A DNA stretch of 64,000 nucleotides from Mycobacteriales bacterium (lineage in GTDB: Bacteria; Actinomycetota; Actinomycetes; Mycobacteriales; QHCD01). The DNA lies in assembly GCA_038253135.1 (NCBI GenBank), contig JBBSHJ010000002.1, forward strand, positions 9,217-73,216, read 5' to 3'. The notes beneath the pieces are model-generated. The model ran no database searches. It was not told the DNA's origin and was given only the letters and a program-made list of their open reading frames with translations. Position 1 is the first letter of the stretch, and each line of letters starts with the position of its first letter. Below are positions 22,701 to 29,507 of this stretch, piece after piece. The translations under genes were made by a program, and so were the position numbers.

Positions 22701-23974
22701 CGCAGCCAGGCCCAGTCCTCCGGCCGGTCGACGAGCACGGCCAGGCCCAGGTCGTCCGGGCTGTGCAGCACCGCGGCCTGGGCGATGAGCGAGCGGGTCA
22801 GCCCCAGCACCGGCCCGGCGGGACCGGCGATGCCGAGCACGCCGCAGTCGACGAGCGGCACGACGACGGGCACGTCGGGCAATACGGGTACGCCGTCCGC
22901 GCGCCCCTCGACGGGCACCCGGGCGGGAAGGTCGGCCGTGCCGATCCGCAGCACCAGCGCGTCGGGGTCGGTCCGCCGCCGCTCCCAGATCCGCTGGGTC
23001 GGGCGGTCCGCGATCCGGCGCAGGACCGCGAGATCCGGTGCCGCGGACCGGCGGGCCCGACGCTCTCGGGTGAGGGCAGCGGCGAGCGCGTCCTCGGCCG
23101 CCGCGGTCGCGGCGGCGTACTCGGCCCGGTCGCGGCGGCGGCCGCGGCGGGCGCCGCGCCGCTCGCTCCAAGCGTTGCCGAGCACCATGACCGGCGAGAG
23201 CAGCATGAACAGCAGGTAGAGCGGCGAGCGCATCCACCAGGCGAGCGCGCCACCGAGGACCAGCGGTGCGAGGGCGCTCACCAGCGGGACCGCCGCGGTG
23301 GTACGCCGCGCGGGCTCGCTCGGGACCACGATCGCGCCGGCATCGCCGGGCCCGGCCAGCCGGGGCGGACGGCGTACCGTCGCCGCCCCGTCGGGCCGCG
23401 CCACCACCGTGGCGGGCGGGTCGTCGGTGCCGGCCACGGTGAGCGTGGTGCGGCCGACGCGGATCCGGGCGTCGGCCGGCACCGGCGTCTCGGTGCCGCC
23501 GGGCAGCCGTACGCCGTCCAACGTGCTGCCGTTGGTCGAGCCCAGGTCCCAGCAGGAGATGCCGTCGGGCTCGGTCAGGATGGCGAGATGCCGGCGGGAG
23601 ACGTCGGGATCGTCGATCACCAGGTCGGCGGTGTGGTCGCGCCCGATCACGACGACCGTGCCCGGTCGCAGGTCCCGGGCCGCGCCGGCGTCCGGGCCGC
23701 CGACCACGAGCAGCGCCAGCACCCCGGCGGGACGGGGGGAGCGCGGGCCGGGCCGGCCGACGCCGAGCAGGCAGCCCGACCTGATCGCGGCGGTGCCGAG
23801 GGCACAGTCGCTGCCGAGCCGGGTCGTGCCGGAGAAGATCGGAGCGCCCGGCCGACCGGCGATCGCCGTCAACCGGCCGGCCACCTCGCCGAGCGTGGCA
23901 CCCGGGGGCGCGTCAATCGTGACATCGCCGGATCCGCCTTCCACGGACGAGACCAGCGTTACGGTGATGCGCAC
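19772..23974 (-). CDS. FHA-domain EssC/EccC-like FtsK/SpoIIIE ATPase with three P-loop domains (type VII secretion-type motor)
   Basis: 1400 aa, GTG start. FHA at aa ~85-180 (VVIGRDHTADLVIDDPDVSRRHLAI..GSTNGSTLDG). Two TM helices at aa ~228-268. Walker A motifs GTTGAGKS, GAARTGRTT and GPPGSGRST. Divergent from a WXG100 gene. Confidence 0.88.
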   Translation of the reverse strand: MRITVTLVSSVEGGSGDVTIDAPPGATLGEVAGRLTAIAGRPGAPIFSGTTRLGSDCALGTAAIRSGCLLGVGRPGPRSPRPAGVLALLVVGGPDAGAARDLRPGTVVVIGRDHTADLVIDDPDVSRRHLAILTEPDGISCWDLGSTNGSTLDGVRLPGGTETPVPADARIRVGRTTLTVAGTDDPPATVVARPDGAATVRRPPRLAGPGDAGAIVVPSEPARRTTAAVPLVSALAPLVLGGALAWWMRSPLYLLFMLLSPVMVLGNAWSERRGARRGRRRDRAEYAAATAAAEDALAAALTRERRARRSAAPDLAVLRRIADRPTQRIWERRRTDPDALVLRIGTADLPARVPVEGRADGVPVLPDVPVVVPLVDCGVLGIAGPAGPVLGLTRSLIAQAAVLHSPDDLGLAVLVDRPEDWAWLRWLPHLDADEPAVAGDGAGSARLLGEMLRVIDGRERARPAGPQWPGPRTLVIASGRVLAEPAFATLLRRGPEVGIHALCLGRSVNVLPAACGGVAVVAGETGGEMLLHRAGTDPIAGVTIDALGTEPAERIARRLAPLRDLGADESGGLPARSRLLDLLGALPGDAVATGASARFVLGESAAGPLVLDLARHGPHVLIAGTTGAGKSELLQTMIASLAVANAPDRLAFVLIDYKGGAAFRDCARLPHTAGMVTDLDPHLTERAIVSLSAELRRRERVLADAGVPDIDALWARSADGARMPPRLVLVVDEFATLADELPDFVDGLVGIAMRGRSLGIHLVLATQRPGGVVSPLIRANTNLRIALRVTDAAESADVIDGPDAAAISAATPGRAVARIGAEGVVAFQTAHVGAPLRRRSSRSVDVRRVAWPPDRAGADPDAGIGDPGRTDLADLVDRIRASTTARARRPWLPPLPRVVTERDLPAAEMPAGDLPEPTRLPFALADRPAEQRRTTVEVDLAAGTGLLIAGAARTGRTTALRTLAIAAAGRLGPEDLHVYLLDCAGGGLRPITALPHCGAYCDREDPARGERLLARLGDELDRRKAVLAAGGFGSPAEQRAARATGAILPYQLLLLDGWDGFMAAYDGLDAGPAVESLHKLIREGPGAGLIVAVAGDRAALTARVPTTLGTRIALALPDRSDYGLLGIRPRQVPIDLPPGRGLLAESATEVQILAPAPGHSQAASLRALAESSAPPAAGRGPIRLVPLPERVPAGTLSAARRDGPLQVVLGLGGDTADPVTVDLDGDGPGFLIAGPPGSGRSTALSRFATELARAGVRVVVIAPPRSPLGACSPLVTVPAGAGDAIDRLDDALAATTGPAAILVDDVELIGDLPLGERITGLMQARAVLVVAAGHGEGIARSYRGLGAALRQAGAGLLLAPVPADGELLGVRLPRRRPSPVPGRGVLVVRRHVVPVQVAAD

Positions 23975-24105
23975 CCCGTGAGTGTGTCCAAGGTCCGCCG
24001 CCGGTACGGCGCGTTGTCCACAGGCTGTGAATGCGGCCAGCGGGGGCAGCGGGTATTTGTCTAGCTTCGGGACGTCGTGTTCTTGCGATGTCCTCAGGAG
24101 GGGTC

Positions 24106-24405
24106 ATGTCGGATCAGGGAATTGTCGTCACGCCGGAAATGCTCAGCGAGCACGCCTCATACGTTCATTCCACGGCTGGGCAGATCACCAGTCTCGTCGG
24201 CGGAATGGGCAGCCGTATGACGCAGCTCGCGGCCAGCAACTGGCGCGGCGGCGCGAGCACCCGGGCGCTGCAGCTGCACGAGGAGATCAAGAAACACCAC
24301 AGTGCGATCATTCAAGCGACCAATGAGTTCGGGCAGCTGATTTCGCGGTCGGCGACGCTTTATGCCGAGAACGAGCAGAATGTCGGTCGCATGTTCATCG
24401 CCTGA
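24106..24405 (+). CDS. WXG100 (ESAT-6-like) family protein
   Basis: 99 aa. ATG 24106 after AGGAGGGG. Central W-x-G (SNWRGGAS). C-terminal YAENE matches the YxxxD/E motif. Confidence 0.85.
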   Translation: MSDQGIVVTPEMLSEHASYVHSTAGQITSLVGGMGSRMTQLAASNWRGGASTRALQLHEEIKKHHSAIIQATNEFGQLISRSATLYAENEQNVGRMFIA

Positions 24406-24438
24406 GCGGCCGGGCGGCCGGTCTGCGACAATGTCTGG

Positions 24439-24816
24439 ATGAGCGGTCGAGGTGTCCTTGTTTTCGATGGCGACTGCGGATTCTGCACGTCCTCGGCGCG
24501 GTTTGTCGACCGGCGGGTCCGGCCCGATGCGGATGTCGTCCCGTGGCAGGCGGCTGACCTGACGGCCTTGGGCATCACCGCCGAGCAGGCCCGCGCCGCG
24601 GTCCAATGGGTGGCGCCGGACGGTGCCGTCAGCTCGGGCAGCGACGCGATCGCAGCCGCGCTGCGCAGTGCCGGTGCGCCCTGGCCCGTGTTGGGCCGGG
24701 TGCTGGTGCTGCCGCTGGTGTCGGTGCTGGCGCGGGCGGCGTACCGCGTGGTGTCGGCCAACCGGCAACGGTTGCCCGGGGCTACGCCGGCGTGCTCCGG
24801 CCGGGACGTCAGGTGA
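24439..24816 (+). CDS. thiol-disulfide oxidoreductase DCC family protein (DUF393)
   Basis: N-terminal VLVFDGDCGFCTSSARF motif typical of the DCC family. Confidence 0.85.
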   Translation: MSGRGVLVFDGDCGFCTSSARFVDRRVRPDADVVPWQAADLTALGITAEQARAAVQWVAPDGAVSSGSDAIAAALRSAGAPWPVLGRVLVLPLVSVLARAAYRVVSANRQRLPGATPACSGRDVR

Positions 24817-25814
24817 CCGGGTCCGCGCCGCGGGCGCCCTCGCCCGGCAGCATCGACCGGACCGACGCGAGCCAGGGCTGCTCGTTCGGGCTGCCGAGCG
24901 CCCTCGCGGCCGATTGGATGCTGCCGCGCAGGATGAGCAGCCGCAGCCATCCGCGCTCGACCTTGCCCAAGACGACCTCTTGGCCGTAGCCGGCCAGGAA
25001 TTCCGCACGGGCGGCCGAGGAAATCGGTCTCCAGTGGTGGTAGCCGGTGCCGAGGTGCACGGCGCTCCAGGCCACATCTTCGACGCGACGACCGGGTCGC
25101 GTCTCCTCCAGATCGAGCACGGCGCTGATCCGCTCGTCGTGCCAGAGGATGTTCGCCGCTCGGAAGTCGGTGTTGATCAGCTGCGTCGCCACACCGTCGG
25201 CGGCGACGCCGGCCGCCAGGTGGTCGGCCGCGGAGATCGCGGATGCGAGCGTCGGCTCATCGATGTCATCCGGCGGCCAGCCGGATGACATCGATGTGAT
25301 CGAGGTGGTCCTGGCGATCGCGTCGGACCGCGGGTATTCGGCCAGGGCGCGGTGCAGGCGGCCGAGCACGATGCCGGCGGCCCGGGCCTGGCAGGGACCG
25401 TCCGGATCGAGCAACTTCCCGGGAAAGATGCGCTGCAGGCCGACGGAAAAGGTGATCGCATTGCACCTGCCGGTCACCGGATCGGGCCGGCACCGGGACC
25501 GAGACGGGGACGCCGCGCTCGGGCAGCCAGGCCGTGAGGTCGGCGAGGGCGAGCAGGCGATCGTGCGCGCCCGGATACGCACACGCCTTGGTGAGGAATT
25601 CGCCGTCTTCGCCGGCCAGCCAGAAGATCAGGTTTCCGGCGCTGATCGCCAACCGGTCCACCCGGCGGACGGTGATGCCGTAGCCGTCGGCGAGCTGGGC
25701 CTTGATCCACTGCTGCGCCTCGTCCGGATCGGCGAAACGAAACCGGTTTTGCAGTGCCGTAACGGGATCGGCCGTCTCCCAGAGCATTGTCACCGGGGGA
25801 TCTGAATTCGTCAT
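24809..25814 (-). pseudogene. phosphotransferase (APH/homoserine-kinase-II-like) gene split by a frameshift near 25470-25500
   Basis: The N-terminal half lies in ORF 25266..25814 (to ..GVPVSVPVPA). The C-terminal half lies in ORF 24809..25582 (from ..DPVTGRCNAITFSV.., with catalytic-loop-like NTDFRAANILW and VLDLEE). The two frames overlap at CCGGTGCCGGCCCGATCCGGTGACC. Confidence 0.6.
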
Positions 25815-25985
25815 GTACGTGATATTACCTGACTGGAATAGTACTCTTCAAATGTTTCATCTACAGGGTGGACAATGGTGACGCTCAGTGAATTCCGTGG
25901 CCGCATTCGTTGGAACGCTGTGCGGCGGCGTAAGCTTCGAGCGATCGGGCCGGTGCTTTTCCCAGAGACACGGTAAATTTACATA

Positions 25986-27485
25986 ATGAGCCCCCTTTTG
26001 CGGCGGTCCCGGATTCGCCGGCCGCTGGCCGTCCTCGCGCTGTCTGGGGGCCTCGTTGCGGGAGCGATCGCGCCGCTCGGTGCCGGCGCCGCATCCGCGT
26101 CGCCGAGCCCGATCCAGACGACCAGATGGTCCACGCCGACATACAACCCGCGCTACACCTGGGATGTGCCCGGCGAGCAGTTCTCGTCCCCATCAGTGCT
26201 TTATTACAACGGAAAGACCTACGTCACCGCTGGATTTCCGAACGGGCACATTTACGTCTGGAATGCGTTGACCGGCGGGCGAGTGCTGGATCGCTACGTC
26301 GGCCCCGGCGTCATCGACGCCGCACCGACCATCGTCGACTTTTACCACGACGGCCTTCCCGACATCGTCACCCAGGACACCAATGGCGACGTCGTCGGCT
26401 TCACGCTGAGAAACAAGACGATCTTCAAGGCGAAGTCCGGAGTCGCGTCGTCCAAGCATCCGGGAAACTTCTCCGCCACCAAAATCTTCGACGTCAACAA
26501 GGACGGCCACCTGGACGTGATCCAGACCAGCTGGGACGGCCGACTGCACATCTGGGACGGTCGATACCTGAACGGCGCCCGGTCGACCCGTGAGTTGCCC
26601 GGATTCCCCTACGTCGCCCAGGACACGATCTGGTCGTCTCCTGTCATCGCCGACCTCAACCACGATGGTCGCTGGGACGTCGTCTTCGGTTACGACTGCG
26701 ACGGCGTCTACGGGCAGCGCTGCTACAAGGTCCGCAACTACTACAACCGCGGCGGGTATGTCACGGCGATCAACACGGTCGGCCCGTACCGCGGCGAACC
26801 GCTCTACGGCTGGCCGCGGTTCGTGCACAACCAGACCGTCTGGTCGAGCCCGGCCATCACCGATCTCAACCGTGACGGGAAGCTCGACGTCGTCGTCGGC
26901 ACCGGAAACATGATGACGGGCGGGCAGGAAGTGCTCGCCTACGACCACCAGGGAAATTATGTGAACGGCTGGCCGGTGAAGACCGCGGGGCGGACCACCG
27001 GATCGCCTGCCGTCGGCGACCTAGACGGCGACGGGAAGGTCGAGGTCGTGGAGGCCGACGACAGCGGCTACCTGTACGTCTTCAACAGCAACGGCACTCG
27101 GCGCTTCGTCAAGTGCGTCACCAACAGCCGGACCGGCTGCGGCACGACGCGCTTTCACCCGCATGCGAGCCCGATCATCGCCAACGTCCTCGGTGCGAGG
27201 GGCCACCAGCAGGTCATCGTCGGCGGCGAGCAGCATCTTTACGTCTTCGACGGATCGGGCACGGAGCGGTATCGCGGGATGTTGTGGTGGACCGATCGAC
27301 CCGTCCGCAGCGTGCCCTTCACCGCGGCTCCCACGTATGCCGCCGTACCCGGTCGTACCTCGACCATCTACGTCGCCGCCGGTGAGTCGACCTTCGGTGA
27401 GATCTTCGGCTGGAGCCTCGGCACCAACTACTCCGCGTCGGCGTGGCCGACGTTCCAGCGGACCTTCGCGCACGCCGGCCGGTAG
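25986..27485 (+). CDS. secreted FG-GAP/VCBS-repeat beta-propeller protein
   Basis: Signal peptide with RR (RRSRIRRPLAVLALSGG..GAGAASA). Repeated DxNxDGxxD-type loops (DVNKDGHLDV, DLNHDGRWDVV, DLNRDGKLDVVVG, GDLDGDGKVEVV). Lower GC than the flanks. Confidence 0.75.
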   Translation: MSPLLRRSRIRRPLAVLALSGGLVAGAIAPLGAGAASASPSPIQTTRWSTPTYNPRYTWDVPGEQFSSPSVLYYNGKTYVTAGFPNGHIYVWNALTGGRVLDRYVGPGVIDAAPTIVDFYHDGLPDIVTQDTNGDVVGFTLRNKTIFKAKSGVASSKHPGNFSATKIFDVNKDGHLDVIQTSWDGRLHIWDGRYLNGARSTRELPGFPYVAQDTIWSSPVIADLNHDGRWDVVFGYDCDGVYGQRCYKVRNYYNRGGYVTAINTVGPYRGEPLYGWPRFVHNQTVWSSPAITDLNRDGKLDVVVGTGNMMTGGQEVLAYDHQGNYVNGWPVKTAGRTTGSPAVGDLDGDGKVEVVEADDSGYLYVFNSNGTRRFVKCVTNSRTGCGTTRFHPHASPIIANVLGARGHQQVIVGGEQHLYVFDGSGTERYRGMLWWTDRPVRSVPFTAAPTYAAVPGRTSTIYVAAGESTFGEIFGWSLGTNYSASAWPTFQRTFAHAGR

Positions 27486-27539
27486 CCGCCCGGACCGGTC
27501 CGCGCCGGTGTCGGACCGATCGGCGATACTGGCCGCAGG

Positions 27540-28424
27540 ATGAGCATCGACCTGCACACGCACTCGACCGCGTCCGACGGCACGGTGCCGCCCGCGGACC
27601 TGATGGCCGCCGCACCGGCCGCCGGGGTCTCGGTGATCGCCCTGACCGACCATGACTCGACCGGTGGCTGGGACGAGGCCGCGACGGCGCTGCCGCCCGG
27701 GCTGACCCTCGTGCCCGGCGCGGAGATCTCCTGCCGCTACCCGGTCCCCGTCGCCGGGGGCGGCACCACCCGGGTCGCGGTGCACCTGCTCGCGCTGCTC
27801 TTCGACCGCGCCGAGCCGGCCTTCGCCGCCGCGCGCGAGTCGCTGCGGGTCAGCCGGTCGTCCCGCGGCCGGCGCATCGTCGGTCGACTGCAGCAGGCCG
27901 GGTACGACGTCGACTGGGCCCGGGTCCGGGCGCTGGCGGCCGGCGCCCCGGTCGGGCGTCCGCACCTTGCCCGCGCGCTGGTCGAGATCGGCGCGGTCCG
28001 CGACGTGCCGGAGGCGTTCGTCCGCCTGCTCGAGAGCACCGGCCCCTACTACGAGCCCAAGGCCGACCTCGACGCCGTACACGCGATCGAGATGGTGCGG
28101 GCCGCCGGCGGCGTGCCCGTGCTGGCGCATCCGTTCGCACGCCGGCGCGGCCCGTGCGTCGACCGCGCGGCGATCGCCGTCATGCGCGATGCGGGCCTGC
28201 TGGGCATCGAGGTCGATCATCCCGATCATGACCCGACGGCACGGGCCGACGCGGCCGCCATCGCCGGCGCGCTCGGCCTCATCGGCACCGGCTCCAGCGA
28301 TTATCACGGCACCAACAAGCCGACCGCCCTCGGCATCGAGACGACCGCCCCGGCGGCCTACTACCGCATCGTCGACGCGGCCGGCGGGGTCCGCCCGATC
28401 ACCGCGATCGCGTGCCGGCCATGA
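27540..28424 (+). CDS. PHP domain metal-dependent phosphoesterase (TrpH/YciV-like)
   Basis: MSIDLHTHSTASDGT and ALTDHDS motifs. Confidence 0.88.
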   Translation: MSIDLHTHSTASDGTVPPADLMAAAPAAGVSVIALTDHDSTGGWDEAATALPPGLTLVPGAEISCRYPVPVAGGGTTRVAVHLLALLFDRAEPAFAAARESLRVSRSSRGRRIVGRLQQAGYDVDWARVRALAAGAPVGRPHLARALVEIGAVRDVPEAFVRLLESTGPYYEPKADLDAVHAIEMVRAAGGVPVLAHPFARRRGPCVDRAAIAVMRDAGLLGIEVDHPDHDPTARADAAAIAGALGLIGTGSSDYHGTNKPTALGIETTAPAAYYRIVDAAGGVRPITAIACRP

Positions 28425-29296
28425 CGCCCGCCCAGCTGGGGCTGCCCGGCATGCCCGAGCCGCTCTTCGCCTGCACGCCCACCAAGCTCGCGACCTACCG
28501 CGACTGCCCACGGCGCTACCGGATGACCTACGTCGATCGGCCCGCGCCGAGGCGCGGCGGCGCGTTCGCGCACAACTCGATGGGCGCCGCCTGTCACAAC
28601 GCCCTCAAGCAATGGTGGGACCTTCCGCCAGGGCGGCGTACCCCCGCCGCGGGCGGCACGCTGCTGGACGGCGCCTGGACGGACGAGGGATTCCGCGACC
28701 CGCAGCAGTCCGCTTCCTGGCGCGGCCGGGCGCGGCGGTGGGTCGCGGACTACACCCGCGGGCTCGACCCGAGGGTCCAGCCGCCGGGCATCGAGCGGCA
28801 GGTGGCCGCGACGACCGGCCGGCTGGCGATCAGCGGGCGCGTCGACCGCGTCGATGAGCGCGACGGTGAGCTCGTCGTCGTCGACTACAAGACCGGCCGC
28901 CGCGAGCTCGGCACCGACGATGCGCGCGGATCGCAGTCGCTCGCGTTCTACGTGCTCGGCGTACGCCGCACGATGCACCGCCCGTGCACCCAGGTGGAGT
29001 TGCACCACCTGCCGTCCGGGCGGGTCGCGTCGTTCAGCCACGACGACGCGTCGCTGGCCCGGCAGGTACGCCGCGCCGAGCAGACCGCCGCCGACATCAT
29101 CACGGCGACCGACACGGCGGCCGGCGGCGGGCCGCCGGACGAGGTCTTCCCGGCGCGGCCCGGTGCGCAGTGCGGCTGGTGCGACCTTCGGGCGCATTGC
29201 CGGGAGGGCGCGGCGGCGAGCCGGGCGCGGGAGCCGTGGTCGGGCCTGCCCGACGTCGACTCCGATCAGCCGCAGGACAGGGTGCAGACGGCCTAA
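28421..29296 (+). CDS. PD-(D/E)XK nuclease family protein (RecB/Cas4-like with C-terminal Cys cluster)
   Basis: ATG 28421 overlaps the PHP stop (ATGA). GRVDRVDE..ELVVVDYKTG nuclease core. N-terminal Cys (YRDCP) plus C-terminal CGWCDLRAHC. Confidence 0.78.
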   Translation: MTPAQLGLPGMPEPLFACTPTKLATYRDCPRRYRMTYVDRPAPRRGGAFAHNSMGAACHNALKQWWDLPPGRRTPAAGGTLLDGAWTDEGFRDPQQSASWRGRARRWVADYTRGLDPRVQPPGIERQVAATTGRLAISGRVDRVDERDGELVVVDYKTGRRELGTDDARGSQSLAFYVLGVRRTMHRPCTQVELHHLPSGRVASFSHDDASLARQVRRAEQTAADIITATDTAAGGGPPDEVFPARPGAQCGWCDLRAHCREGAAASRAREPWSGLPDVDSDQPQDRVQTA

Positions 29297-29364
29297 CCGC
29301 CCGGTCATCCCGGGCCCGGTATGGCACCGATTGATAACGGTCTTCCGCGCACCACTTCCGTCAC

Positions 29365-29393
29365 TTGACACCAGGGGAGCGACTTCGTACGGT
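29365..29393 (+). promoter_or_regulatory. candidate sigma-70-type promoter TTGACA-17 nt-TACGGT
   Basis: TTGACA at 29365-29370 and TACGGT at 29388-29393, about 115 nt upstream of ATG 29508. Confidence 0.4.
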
Positions 29394-29406
29394 CCTGACA
29401 CACCAG

Positions 29407-29418
29407 TGAAGCGCTTCA
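29407..29418. promoter_or_regulatory. perfect 12-bp palindrome TGAAGCGCTTCA, LacI/GalR-type operator candidate
   Basis: Lies 14 nt downstream of the candidate -10. A LacI-family regulator gene is at 33477..34553. Confidence 0.5.
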
Positions 29419-29507
29419 ATCCGAGCGGTTCAGCAGGTGATTCGACCCCCGCTCTCGGCGGGACGGTCCCGGCCGGGCCGGGACTCGGGCGGGAGGAAAC
29501 GGTCCTG

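Noticed and set aside
20498-23219. Several 300-580-aa plus-strand ORFs inside the EssC-like gene
   Set aside because: They are mirror or alternative frames of a 1400-aa gene with clear FHA and P-loop motifs.
19772-23974. Chromosome-segregation FtsK/SpoIIIE
   Set aside because: It has three tandem P-loop domains, an N-terminal FHA domain, only two TM helices and a divergent WXG100 gene. These point to an EssC/EccC-type secretion motor rather than a DNA translocase, and no gamma domain is recognisable.
28854-29507. N-terminal 218-aa extension of the glycosidase ORF (and similar long 5' extensions at 300..503, 2289..2489, 3195..3350, 9913..10074, 13027..13494, 15049..15456)
   Set aside because: The extensions overlap upstream genes or are Arg/Pro/Ser-rich with no SD. 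Internal starts with SD or with stop/start overlap fit better.
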